From Zancudomyces culisetae HAW-14-8 (Eukaryota > Fungi > Kickxellomycota): a DNA stretch of 64,000 nt. This document shows positions 49,346 through 61,100 of this stretch, in pieces. Where the stretch lies: the NCBI GenBank assembly GCA_052426225.1, contig JBNJNM010000009.1, positions 1,116,001 through 1,180,000 of the forward strand. Direction: 5' to 3'. A model generated the notes under the pieces. The model was not told where the DNA came from and did not search any database. It saw only the letters and a list, made by a program, of their open reading frames with translations. Numbering within the stretch: the stretch's first letter is position 1; the number at the start of each line of letters is the position of its first letter. Position numbers and translations under genes: made by a program.

Positions 49346-52300
49346 TTAGTTAGTACGAGAATCACAACTAGAAGAGATCTTTTCGCAACTGAAGGTTACT
49401 TTGGAAATAGTAGCTGTTCCCTTGAATGGTGCAAATACGATGTTCGAAAAGTCAAAGTCTGAAATGGTCTTTTGGGCCTTCAAGACATTATTGACAAACA
49501 CCTGCATAGTGTCGCTATGGTAGGTAACCTTGACTTGTGTTTGGGAACCATCTCTCAAGAATAATCGCTCTGATGGTGATGATCTCTTTACCTGTGTGTA
49601 CTTGCCCTTTTTCAGTGAGCTGATGCCAGATTGCAATCCAAATTGAGCTTCAACAACGCCGTTCACTCCATAGTATCCATTAGAGTCCATCATTGCAACA
49701 AACAAGTCAGAATCAGATGATTTTACGTCAGCAGTAAACTCAAAATCGTCAGAATCACATGGAATTGGGATCGCCTTGTTAAAGTCATAATCCTTGTTCT
49801 TTCCAACAGATGAGACTACGAGGTCGGAAGCAACAACAGAGGTGCTATCGCAGCTTTGTGAAGTTGAAGAAGATGAGCTGGTGGAAGAGGAAACATTGCA
49901 TACTCCGGAATAGTTACATGAGTATTGAATATCTTTGATAGTAGTTGAATCGTTTTGGGCTCCAAATGCCAACCACAAGTCACCTGCGCTTGTGAATGAA
50001 TCAATATTAAAATCGCTTGGTGAAAGTGTCAATATTGGCGTAGCGCTACCTTGCATTCCTATGCTAATTCCACCTGTTTTACTGACGCGGATAGAGACTG
50101 TTACGGAATCTGATGAGCTGCTATTGATGTTTGCATCTACAGAGTATACAGAAGTTCCAATATACCAAGCCCCAGTATTAACACCAACAATTCCTTCAAT
50201 GACATCACTACCTGTGGAAAGCTTTTGCTGTGTGCTTATCGCAAAATAGATGTCTGATGTTTGATCAATAGCAAACGAAACCTCGTAATCAAAGGAAGGA
50301 CAAGCAACATTGATTGCATTTTTCCATTCGTATGATACAACGGGAGAATCACCGGAACCAGTCTCGATTACAATGGAATTTAAAGATTCGCTACAGTTAA
50401 CACTCTTTTCAGAGCTAGTCGAATTAGTTGATGAGGCTGAGCTGGTTGAGCTGGTTGAGCTGGTTGATGGTGTGGAGCTGGTTGATGGCTTAGTTGATGT
50501 TGAGCTGGTTGATGAGACTGATGAGGGTAAGACAGTTGGTGAGGTGGAGCTAGCTGATGGCTTAGTTGAAGTTGAGCTGGTTGATGATGTTGAGCTGGTT
50601 GATGATGTTGAGCTGGTTGATGATGTTGAGCTGGTTGATGATGTTGAGCTGGTTGATGGTGTGGAGCTGGTTGATGGCTTAGTTGAGGTTGAGCTGGTTG
50701 AGCTGGTTGATGGTGTGGAGCTGGTTGATGGCTTAGTTGAGGTTGAGCTGGTTGAGCTGGTTGATGATGTTGAGCTGGCTGATGGCTTAGTTGAGGTTGA
50801 GCTGGTTGATGGCTTAGTTGAGGTTGAGCTGGTTGATGGTGTGGAGCTGGTTGATGATGTTGAGCTGGTTGATGGCTTAGCTGAAGTTGAGCTGGTTGAT
50901 GGCTTAGTTGAAGTTGAGCTGGTTGATGAGACTGATGAGGGTAAGACAGTTGGTGAGGTGGAGCTAGCTGATGGCTTAGTTGAAGCTGAGCTGGTTGATG
51001 ATGTTGAGCTGGCTGATGGCTTAGTTGATGTTGAGCTGGTTGATGGTGTGGAACTGGTTGATGGCTTAGTCGAGGTTGAGCTGGTTGAGCTGGTTGATGG
51101 CTTAGTTGAGGTTGAGCTGGTTGATGGTGTGGAGCTGGTTGATGATGTTGAGCTGGTTGATGGCTTAGCTGAGGTTGAGCTGGTTGATGGCTTAGTTGAA
51201 GTTGAGCTGGTTGATGAGACTGATGAGGGTAAGACAGTTGGTGAGGTGGAGCTAGCTGATGGCTTAGTTGAAGCTGAGCTGGTTGATGATGTTGAGCTGG
51301 CTGATGGCTTAGTTGATGTTGAGCTGGTTGAGCTGGTTGATGGCTTAGTTGAGGTTGAGCTGGTTGATGGTGTGGAACTGGTTGATGGCTTAGTCGAGGT
51401 TGAGCTGGTTGAGCTGGTTGATGGCTTAGTTGAGGTTGAGCTGGTTGATGGTGTGGAACTGGTTGATGGCTTAGTCGAGGTTGAGCTGGTTGGTGGCTTA
51501 GTTGAAGCTGAGCTGGTTGATGATGTTGAGCTGGCTGATGGCTTAGTTGATGTTGAGCTGGTTGATGGTGTGGAACTGGTTGATGGCTTAGTTGAGGTTG
51601 AGCTGGTTGATGGTGTGGAGCTGGTTGATGGCTTAGTTGAAGTTGAGCTGGTTGATGATGTTGAGCTGGTTGATGGCTTAGTTGATGTTGAACTGGTTGA
51701 TGAGACTGATGAGGGTAAGACAGTTGGTGAGGTGGAGCTAGCTGATGGCTTAGTTGATGTTGAGCTGGTTGATGTTGAGCTGGTTGATGTTGAGCTGGTT
51801 GATGTTGAGCTGGTTGATGTTGAGCTGGTTGATGTTGAGCTGGTTGATGTTGAGCTGGTTGATGGTGTTGAGCTAGCTGATGGCTTAGTTGATGTTGAGC
51901 TGGTTGATGGCTTAGTTGATGTTGAGCTGGTTGATGAATTTTTACAGGCAGAAGCACTATTACAGTTGTACTCTACATTTTGGATCTTTACTGAACTGTT
52001 CTCAGCTCCAAATGCAAACCATACACTTGGTGAGTTCACAAATGTCGATACATCATAATCTTCTGTTGAAAGTGTCAAAATTGATACGCTGCTTCCGGCC
52101 AACCCAATATTGACCCCTGAACTGTTAACCTGAACATATATTTTTTGAGTATCTGATGCTCCTGACATGACATCTGTTCTTCCAGAATAAACCGAAGATC
52201 CAATGTACCATGTACCAGTATTTATACCAATTACACCTTCAATAACCTCACTATCAGTGGACAATGTCTTCTGAGTACTGATTGCAAAGTAGACATCAGA

Positions 52301-54571
52301 GGTTTGATCAACATCGAACGTAACGAAGTAATCTTGCCCTGGGCAAGAAACATCAATAGCGCTGTCCCAGCTGTAATTGATAATTGGACTGTCACCAGAT
52401 CCTTGAGAAATCTCAATTTGACTGATAGAATCGGAACAGTTAATATCCTCGGAGCTAGATGAGGTTGAGCTGGTGGATGAAGTTGAGCTGGTTGAGCTAG
52501 TTGAGCTGGTTGATGGCTTAGTTGATGTTGAGCTGGTTGATGATGTTGAGCTGGTTGATGGTGTGGAGCTGGTGGATGGAGCTGAGCTGGTTGAGCTGGT
52601 TGATGATGTTGAGCTGGTTGATGGTGTGGAGCTGGTAGATGAAGCTGAGCTGGTTGATGGTGTGGAGCTGGTAGATGAAGCTGAGCTGGTTGAGCTGGTT
52701 GATGGTGTGGAGCTGGTGGATGAAGCTGAGCTGGTTGATGGTGTGGAGCTGGTTGATGGTGTTGAGCTAGCTGATGGCTTAGTTGATGTTGAGCTGGTTG
52801 ATGAATTTTTACAGGCAGAAGCACTATTACAGTTGTACTCTACATTTTGGATTTTTACTGAACTGTTCTCAGCTCCAAATGCAAACCATACACTTGGTGA
52901 GTTCACAAATGTCGATACATCATAATCTTCTGTTGAAAGTGTCAAAATTGATACGCTGCTTCCGGCCAACCCAATATTGACCCCTGAACTGTTAACCTGA
53001 ACATATATTTTTTGAGTATCTGATGCTCCTGACATGACACTCTGATCCACGGAGTATACCGAAGATCCAATGTACCATGAACCTGTGTTTACGCCGATCA
53101 CACCTTCAATAACCTCACTATCAGTGGACAATGTCTTCTGAGTACTGATTGCAAAGTAGACATCAGAGGTTTGATCAACATCGAACGTAACGAAGTAATC
53201 TTGCCCTGGGCAAGAAACATCAATAGCGCTGTCCCAGCTGTAATTGATAATTGGACTGTCACCAGATCCTTGAGCAATCTCAATTTGACTGATAGAATCG
53301 GAACAGTTAATATCCTCGGAGCTAGATGAGGTTGAGCTGGTGGATGAAGTTGAGCTGGTTGATGGTGTGGAGCTGGTGGATGAAGCTGAGCTGGTTGAGC
53401 TAGTTGAGCTAGTTGAGCTAGTTGAGCTAGTTGAGCTAGTTGAGCTGGTTGACTCGGCTGATGATGAGGTTGAGCTGGTTGATGAGGTGGAGCTGGTTGA
53501 TGAGGTTGAGCTGGTTGATGGTGTGGAGCTGGTTGAGCTGGTTGAGCTGGTTGAGCTGGTTGAGCTGGTTGAGCTGGTTGAGCTGGTTGATGAGACTGAT
53601 GAGGGTAAGACAGTTGGTGAGGTGGAGCTGGTTGATGAGGTTGAGCTGGTTGATGAGGTTGAGGAAGTGGTTGGTTTCACACTGCACTCAGACACTTTGC
53701 AGTCTGGACCTGTACAACCTATGTGCTTACTGATAAAATCGTCCCAGTAATAGGACAGTAGGACGTAGATCGCTACTGTACTTTCAGCATCACAACCCTT
53801 TCCATTTACAGTGATGATCGAACTGGAAATACCTTGAATCTTAGAGCCATCAGATCCAACCATGGGACCACCTGAATCACCAGTACATACTGTGCTTCCC
53901 GCGGAAACACCAAGACAAATTATTTTTCCTTCCGCATTATCTTCTGCAAAAAGTGCATTACAATAATCTTGTCTTCCCAAAGATAAAGATAACTCCTTCA
54001 ATGTGGTACTAGGACTACCATTAACGCTTGTGTATCCAAATCCTGCTACTTTAAATGTGTCAGATTTATTCACGGGGTTTGTATCAATTTCTACGGGAAC
54101 AGCAGTATCTGGGTCTACACAATCTTCAAGGAATAACAATGCTATATCGTTGTTATATGGTTCTTTGTTTACATATGAGGGATGTATCACGACATTTTTT
54201 ACGGAATATGTGTTTTCATCTGATGCAGTTCCTTTTACGGCTCCAAATCCGACTTGAATTTGGTCCCACTTTGAGCTATCTGCCACTCCTCCTATGGATA
54301 AACAATGGGCAGCAGCAAGGACAACATTAGGGGCAATAAGCTCAGCAGTACACTTAAACTCATTTCTTCCAACAACTGAAAGATAAGCGATGTACTTGTA
54401 GTCATCCAGTGACGCATTACTACCACCTATAATCCTGCTTTCGAGTGATCGAGTTGCACTACTTGGAGAAGCTCCAAGTCTTTTTTCTAGTTTTAGATTG
54501 TTTTTTGCTAGTGCAGATGGTGTACCAAATGCAAAAAACCCAAATGATAATGCTAGACTACTTATGCGCAT
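49346..54571 (-). CDS. Secreted S1 (trypsin-fold) serine protease fused to Ser/Thr mucin-like stalks and four Cys-bounded beta-rich modules
   Basis: Signal peptide; activation site R/IIGG at 54433; intact triad motifs AAHC, NDIALL, GDSGGP; modules at about 52805-53314, 51938-52447, 49895-50402 and 49346-49853; single 1741-aa ORF. Confidence 0.93.
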   Translation of the reverse strand: MRISSLALSFGFFAFGTPSALAKNNLKLEKRLGASPSSATRSLESRIIGGSNASLDDYKYIAYLSVVGRNEFKCTAELIAPNVVLAAAHCLSIGGVADSSKWDQIQVGFGAVKGTASDENTYSVKNVVIHPSYVNKEPYNNDIALLFLEDCVDPDTAVPVEIDTNPVNKSDTFKVAGFGYTSVNGSPSTTLKELSLSLGRQDYCNALFAEDNAEGKIICLGVSAGSTVCTGDSGGPMVGSDGSKIQGISSSIITVNGKGCDAESTVAIYVLLSYYWDDFISKHIGCTGPDCKVSECSVKPTTSSTSSTSSTSSTSSTSPTVLPSSVSSTSSTSSTSSTSSTSSTSSTSSTPSTSSTSSTSSTSSTSSTSSSAESTSSTSSTSSTSSTSSTSSTSSASSTSSTPSTSSTSSTSSTSSSSEDINCSDSISQIEIAQGSGDSPIINYSWDSAIDVSCPGQDYFVTFDVDQTSDVYFAISTQKTLSTDSEVIEGVIGVNTGSWYIGSSVYSVDQSVMSGASDTQKIYVQVNSSGVNIGLAGSSVSILTLSTEDYDVSTFVNSPSVWFAFGAENSSVKIQNVEYNCNSASACKNSSTSSTSTKPSASSTPSTSSTPSTSSASSTSSTPSTSSTSSASSTSSTPSTSSASSTSSTPSTSSTSSTSSTSSAPSTSSTPSTSSTSSTSSTSTKPSTSSTSSTSSTSSTSSTSSSSEDINCSDSISQIEISQGSGDSPIINYSWDSAIDVSCPGQDYFVTFDVDQTSDVYFAISTQKTLSTDSEVIEGVIGINTGTWYIGSSVYSGRTDVMSGASDTQKIYVQVNSSGVNIGLAGSSVSILTLSTEDYDVSTFVNSPSVWFAFGAENSSVKIQNVEYNCNSASACKNSSTSSTSTKPSTSSTSTKPSASSTPSTSSTSTSSTSTSSTSTSSTSTSSTSTSSTSTSSTSTKPSASSTSPTVLPSSVSSTSSTSTKPSTSSTSSTSSTSTKPSTSSTPSTSSTSTKPSTSSTPSTSSTSTKPSASSTSSTSSASTKPPTSSTSTKPSTSSTPSTSSTSTKPSTSSTSSTSTKPSTSSTPSTSSTSTKPSTSSTSSTSTKPSASSTSSTSSASTKPSASSTSPTVLPSSVSSTSSTSTKPSTSSTSAKPSTSSTSSTSSTPSTSSTSTKPSTSSTSSTSTKPSTSSTPSTSSTSTKPSASSTSSTSSASTKPSASSTSPTVLPSSVSSTSSTSTKPSTSSTSAKPSTSSTSSTSSTPSTSSTSTKPSTSSTSTKPSASSTSSTSSTSSTSTKPSTSSTPSTSSTSSTSTKPSTSSTPSTSSTSSTSSTSSTSSTSSTSSTSSTSSTSTKPSASSTSPTVLPSSVSSTSSTSTKPSTSSTPSTSSTSSTSSASSTNSTSSEKSVNCSESLNSIVIETGSGDSPVVSYEWKNAINVACPSFDYEVSFAIDQTSDIYFAISTQQKLSTGSDVIEGIVGVNTGAWYIGTSVYSVDANINSSSSDSVTVSIRVSKTGGISIGMQGSATPILTLSPSDFNIDSFTSAGDLWLAFGAQNDSTTIKDIQYSCNYSGVCNVSSSTSSSSSTSQSCDSTSVVASDLVVSSVGKNKDYDFNKAIPIPCDSDDFEFTADVKSSDSDLFVAMMDSNGYYGVNGVVEAQFGLQSGISSLKKGKYTQVKRSSPSERLFLRDGSQTQVKVTYHSDTMQVFVNNVLKAQKTISDFDFSNIVFAPFKGTATISKVTFSCEKISSSCDSRTN
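50420..53665 (-). repeat. Coding minisatellite arrays (TCAACCAGC-derived, encoding STS/PST/TKP) plus a 510-bp domain duplication
   Basis: Three S/T arrays; STSPTVLPSSVSS cassette present 5 times; higher-order duplication with 288-bp offset (50928/51216); 51938-52447 nearly identical to 52805-53314. Confidence 0.95.
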
Positions 54572-57093
54572 TATGTTTAATGAGTTATTGTGTTGATGTT
54601 ATGCTATTTTTTTTTATGACTATACTAATGCGATACTTAATGTCGTTAATAACGTTGAAAAGGAATTTAATGATCAAGAAAACAGGAAAAGTGGGAAATA
54701 TCGCACATATATACCCATTTTATGAACTACTGTTTTTGTCCATCTGTAAGATTAAACGTAATCCTGACTTTCTTTGAGCAAATGGATGATACCAGTTTGC
54801 TATTACACTACTCTTACATAATTTTTGTTTTGTTGTTTGGCCAAATTAATTTATGTTAGTAACAACGCCTGCTTTTAATAATTATTTTCTTTTTTTAACC
54901 ACAGGATCTTTAACTACCTATACACGTCCCTCTCCTCCCTATCTTCCTCCATTTAAATTTTTTTTTGCGGGACTGCACTTGATTTCTTACTGACGTTTTT
55001 GGTTTATGAACATAATCTCAATTCCCTTTTCCGTACCAATTCTCTTACTAAATCCGGAGATTACACAAAAAAAAAATAGAATCACGATTTTTTACAAATA
55101 TAATACTAGTGATTACATAATACTCTACCCTGAGCCTATTCCATTAATCATGATTTTAAAAATAGAAGTGCAACCCAGTTCTATATAAAGGCATTAATTT
55201 TATGGCCAAGGTATTTTTAAACGGATACTAAAAATAAATCAGGTGCGGTTTGATTCCACCGTGTCAAACTTGACACTTGCCTTGTTCTTGTATCGGTTGA
55301 GCAGAAAAACATAAATCCTAAATCAAAACATCAACGCTCTCGGAATAACCACTCCAACCTATTTCTGCCTGGTTCTTAATGCTGCGTGCCATGCTCTTTA
55401 GCTATGGGGAAAGTAAAAAAGGCTCAAGGCAGGGCAATCTGTAGTTGGTGGAGTGCCATATAACCGTTTATGTAATTTTCATCATACTTGAATACTAAAA
55501 ACCATTTTTGTGGTTTGCTTTGGTATCATCACACCAATATTAATATAGAACGCACCTAGGCTCTTTATGCAAGAGCTATTCAGAGCAAAAAAAAGAAGAA
55601 AACTCGCTTCCCAAGAAAAAACGCGCGAACATACATTTGGATGTACGTAGACAGCTCCTGTGTGAGCAACCTGCTAATCCAAATTTGTCAGTACCAGTGC
55701 GGCCTGCAAACCAAAAAAAACAGATGCTCATTTACATAAAAGCACTGAAAAAAAGGTATGTGTTGGTGTATAAGGTCTGGGAAACTTTAAGTAGCACCGT
55801 ATTTTGAGAGCTGGTGTTGAAAGTTCAATCAATCAATAATAACCACACTCGTTCCTATTCGTGTTTATTTATCTGTCACCACATTTTCTGCTAGTAAATT
55901 GAAGTGAATGGTACAGAGGCCGGGGGGGGGGGGGGTACCATTATTACTTTGCAATAATCGCCTTACAGGCTAAATATAGAATAACATTGAGTATTGGTAA
56001 TCATAGTATTGCGTAATTGCGGGTTCCATAGTAATCTTTCTAGGCGGAATATACACCCTGTTTTTACGATAATATACACATCTTGACTTTTTTGTGTTGT
56101 GATACCATTATTCATCTATTTGTTTCCGCTTTCTACTGGACATGCTATTCAGGTTACCAGTACTAATGAAAGCAAGAGAGAATTCAGGATAGATGCGCAT
56201 ACTTTGATTTCAAATTGTTTTGAAAGAAAAATAAAAGAAACAGTGACAAATGCTATACATGGATCAGTTATACATGATATATTAAAAATATTTAAAACCC
56301 GTCTAAATTTGTCACAAAAAAATGTAACGCCGTGATAAAACACCATTTATGACTATGATACATCTTATTTTGACGCTAATATGTAGTCATGCAAGGGTGA
56401 AGAAAAAGTGGAAAAGGCTATGACAATAGTAAAATGTGTATTTATAGATGCTACAGTCACAGTTGGGAAACAATGTACTCGGTGATTCATGACTAATGTT
56501 ATCATCTGCTTTGGATGCTAGATACGCTCTTGATACATGACAATTTTAAATATATGCGTTTTTTGATCGCTGCCCAAAACACTGTTATTTTAACGCCAGC
56601 ACTGTGGATTCCAGTAAAATACAAAAATGCTTGAATTTCAGTCATTGCTTTTCATTTCTGTAGTTTATATACCTTGTATTTATCTGGAGCCATTTTGCTA
56701 AAAATAATGATCAAACATTCCGTTTCCTCTCAAAGAAAAAAAAAACAAAGTATAAGTGTGGTTAAGTTGATGATATGCTCTTGAGTACAAGCAAAACGGA
56801 GCTCAGCGGCGTTTAAAAAACCTAAAGGAGTGAGGTTTAAAACACCGACAGTAAAGGGAGCAAGTAGAGAAAAGAATCGAAAGAATGCTACCAAACAATG
56901 GCGTTTCAAAAGATAATTTACTGTATAAGAGATAAAGGTTAGTTTTAATGCTATATATGTGTGTAAACAGTAAAAGAAAAAAAAGAATGTCAAAACTGTA
57001 AACCAAAATTCGTTTGCACTAAAAACATATTAAGAGCAAGGAAAAAAAGTAAAAAAAGAAAACCTCAGCAAGCTGAAAAGTCTAACAAGAAAA

Positions 57094-58115
57094 TTATTCG
57101 GCAGGAGCATCAGCAGGCTTTTCCTCATCTGCGTTCTTGGTACCTGTATATCCTGACTCCTTATTTTCTTGCATATCAGAGGTCCAGAGAGTCAAGTTAT
57201 CACGGAGGAGTTGCATAATGAGGGTGGAGTCCTTGTAAGAATCTTCAGAAAGAGTGTCAAGTTCAGCAATGGCATCATCAAAGGCCTTCTTGGCAAGGTG
57301 GCAGGCTTTACCAGGATCATTAAGAATTTCATAATAAAACACGGAGAAGTTGAGAGCCAAACCCAAGCGGATTGGATGAGTTGGGGCCAAGTCATCATCG
57401 GCAATCTTTGAAGCACTTTGGTAAGCATCAAGGGAGTTCTGAGAAGCGGCTTGGCGTTCATCTCCTGACTCAAACTCAGCAAGGTAACGGTGGTAATCGC
57501 CCTTCATCTTGAGGAAGAATACCTTTGACTCAGAGGTGGAGGCCTTTGGAACAAGGTGGCTGTCGAGGACACTCAAAATCTCGTTACATATCTCCTTGAG
57601 TTCCTTCTCAACCTGCTGACGGTATGTTTTGATCATTTCAATTTTGACTTCGTCGGCTCTCGGTTTTTCTTTATCTTCTATTGAAGATACAATACGCCAT
57701 GAAGCACGGCGTGCGCCAATGACGTTTTTGTAGGCCACCGAAAGCAGGTTGCGTTCTTCAACGTTGAGTTCATCCTCCATAGTTGCAACTGACTTCATGT
57801 TTACAACCATCTCTACACAAATTCATCAAATTATGTTACTAGTGTTTTATTGGTGCTAAATTCTCATCATCTACAGCTATTTTCCTCCTTTCTATATCTT
57901 CCCACAACTCAAACTACTCAAAAAACGTCTTACAACCATAAGAAAGTAATAATATTGGCAAAAGCTGAAGTGCAATAAGATTGCATTTCAAAAAGATTGA
58001 GTAATGAGGTAAATGAAAATTCAAAAATGATCTAAATACTATCGTTTTACATACCGTCATAGCGCTCTGCTTGTTCGGCTAGCTTGGCTTTGTATATATG
58101 ATTCTCCCGTTCCAT
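57094..58115 (-). CDS. BMH1: 14-3-3 protein, 2 coding exons
   Basis: [11 protein letters not shown] / EMV.., [62 protein letters not shown]; intron 57813-58054. Paralogue naming is not resolvable. Confidence 0.97.
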
Positions 58116-61100
58116 GTTTACTATTACTACTTAACTTTTATTCTCAAGTGATATATCTCTTGACTGTTTTTAATAAAAGAAATTATTTAAAATTTTTTTT
58201 AAATGTTTACTTTCACTAAAAGAAGAAAAGGAATTTTATTTCTTTTCTCTACTGAGGATTCTTTTTTTTTCAAAATTGTCAATTCAGCATTATATTGTTT
58301 ATATTTTTTTGCTGACTTTTAGCCAATATTTATGCATGTCTTTAAATTTTTCAAATGATAAGTTGTTATTTAAAAACCAACATTTTATGCATTGATTATT
58401 GGTTGATTTGGTGTAAATTAATTTTTGCAATTCAGCAAAAGGTACTAACAATTGCAAAGAAAAAAAACCACAAAACAAAACAAATGATAAATAAACAAAT
58501 TTAACTAAACCAGGTATTACAAAGCAAAACAAATTGAAGTAAGGCATATGTGGGGTTTGAATTTGCCCACCCTGTAGCTGAATTGAAAAAAAAAACAAAA
58601 AACATTAGCGTAAAATAAGCTAATTGAATTTGATGCGAATAGACTGAATTAGTAATTCCAGCCTTGTAAAGAGCAGGAATGTGTTGAATTTTCTGCTTTT
58701 ATTTCATGCTTTGGGATTTCAAAGCAAAATAATTATTGGTTTTTCGCCATCCAATTGAGGGCTGGAACCATTACCCTAGAAAGTTAATCACAGCATTATG
58801 TCTATTATGCTCTACAGATTCTCGTTGCTCGAATCCGTTTCAGTTGAAAAAAATACCATAAAATAAATGAGGAGAATTGAGGCAAAGGCTAGCAAAAATA
58901 GAGCAAAGTGATAATAATAAAAAACGATAAGCGTGATAAAAGCTATTTTCAGCACGCTAATGTTCTTATTTTAGTGAACGTGGTTTCCATTCCAAGCTGC
59001 AAAGCATTTAATTGTGTAAACAGCCCTTATGCTTTTTTAGGTGTTTTGTTTTATTTAAACTGGGCTATTGTTTAGTCTTTTGTTTTGCTCTTTTGTTTGA
59101 AGGGTAAAAGAGTAAATCTCCATTCAGTAAAAGAAAAAAAAAACAAATTCTAAGCAAAAACAAAACCACAAAACAAAATATAAGCGAAAAATAAAACCGC
59201 AAAAAATTTAAAAATAAATGATAAACCCACATGCTGTTTTAATTAAAATTAATGCACAATCCAACTTCAGGTCCAAGTTTTTTGAAGCGACCAAGCCAGA
59301 AGCATGCTTTTTATCATAGAAACAACATACCACTAGATAGAAACAAATATGATGTTTTATATATGTGTATATCATATACAGGTCTTATTCTTTATTTGTA
59401 CCACTCTAGAACTTGTGCATTTGTTCTTGTCGAATGAATGTTTTAAAACTACCAATTTCAGATTGTTAAGAGCACGGAGAATACCGATTTTTAGTACTAA
59501 ACATCTGCTATAATACTGAAGCGTTTGTATTAGCTTATTTCCTCACCTGCATTTTGAAAATCGAAATGTAAAATAGGGATAAAAGGCCCTTTTTCCAACT
59601 TGTTAAAGCGGAGATGCGTTTTAGTGGTTTGGTGCAAGTTTAAATTATGGAAAAGGTTGTAACTCTGGGAGAAGCACGAGGAAACAAGGTGAATACGGAC
59701 ATAAGTGGAACAAAAAGAGGAGATAAATCGCAACCAAAGACTTAGTATGATTGGCTGTGGTTTTTGCAAATTCGCTTTCTCGACCACAAGAAGTTAGCAA
59801 ATAGAGTGGTGCAAAGATATAGTTTGCATGCATGGAATTTGTGTACTATGTTATTAGATTCCCGCTTCCACCCTTCTTTTACTGCTATTTTTCAATTTTC
59901 TCTGCTCTCCTCTCTGCCTTCCCTCCAATCTATCAATCCTTGTTTGCAAATTGTCATTTTCAAAAGATTCAAACACATTATTAATTGAATTTGATGTTTT
60001 CTAATTTTTTTTAAATGCAAAAGTTAAAAAAGTCTCAATAAACCCTAAAATTGAAATGGGAAAAATACACATTAGAGGCATTATTGGTAGTGTTATACGT
60101 AAATTCTATTTATAATTATTAATTTTAATGCAAATTTGTAAATTAAACAAAAAACCCGAGCTGATTTACCAAATATAAGTAATAATAACTAACATAGCCA
60201 ATTAGTAAATAATAAAATGGCTATTAAAATATCACCAATTCATGTTGTCGTATAAAATAGAGGACAAAATTCATCAATTTGGTGAATCACCATGTTGTCA
60301 TCCAGTGATTGGGGTGGGAGCATGGCCTATCATTATATTAAAAAAAAGAACATGATCCATATTTTGGTCAAAAAAAAGAGCACTTTTGGCTCTCACTTTC
60401 TTATTCCAGGGTTTTATCAGAAATTCAATTTGTGCATGTTTAACTGAATGCGCCAGCTTGATTAGTGGATACGGTGATACAAGAACATCATTACCAATAC
60501 CTGCCACTTAGGCTAAGAAAAAGAGACATGATCTTGTAAAATAGTTGTGTTGGACTAGCTCAACAAAAAGAAGCAAATTGTGGACAAAAGGAGCACTATT
60601 CGGCTTTTCATGTAGCTTGACTACCCATCAGGTACAGCTCAGTTTTATGTCTATTACACAGATGTTGAAGATGTTCTCTTACAAAACAGTACTACTAATT
60701 CTACAAAAGATGTTACAGCCCGAGTTCTAATATCTTCATATTTATGGTCGTCGAAAATAAATAGATCCCCCCCTACTCATTCCGTATAGTTTTTAAATTA
60801 ATAAATAGCAAATATCGGGGTTTATATGTAAAACCAGATTCACTTGAAGTATTTCTGGCAGCACTCCACGTATTTTCAAGTAATGATAGCTTTGCAATCC
60901 AATACATTCTAACCTAATTGAAAGCTGCTAACAAAATCCAAGATAAACAAAAAAAAATACACAATTTTTGTTTCACTAGTCAAATCTCGCGTAGATAACA
61001 TTATTGAGTGTACCAAGGACAAAAAAAGGTATCTTAAACCACGACGTAGTGCACCCATTAAATCCCCCAAATAATTGCACAAAATGAGGGAATATACATA

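Noticed and set aside
50310-53750. Long antisense and alternative-frame ORFs (VELVD- and HQPAQ-repeat proteins, up to 582 aa)
   Set aside because: Stop-free shadows of the S/T coding minisatellite in the protease gene
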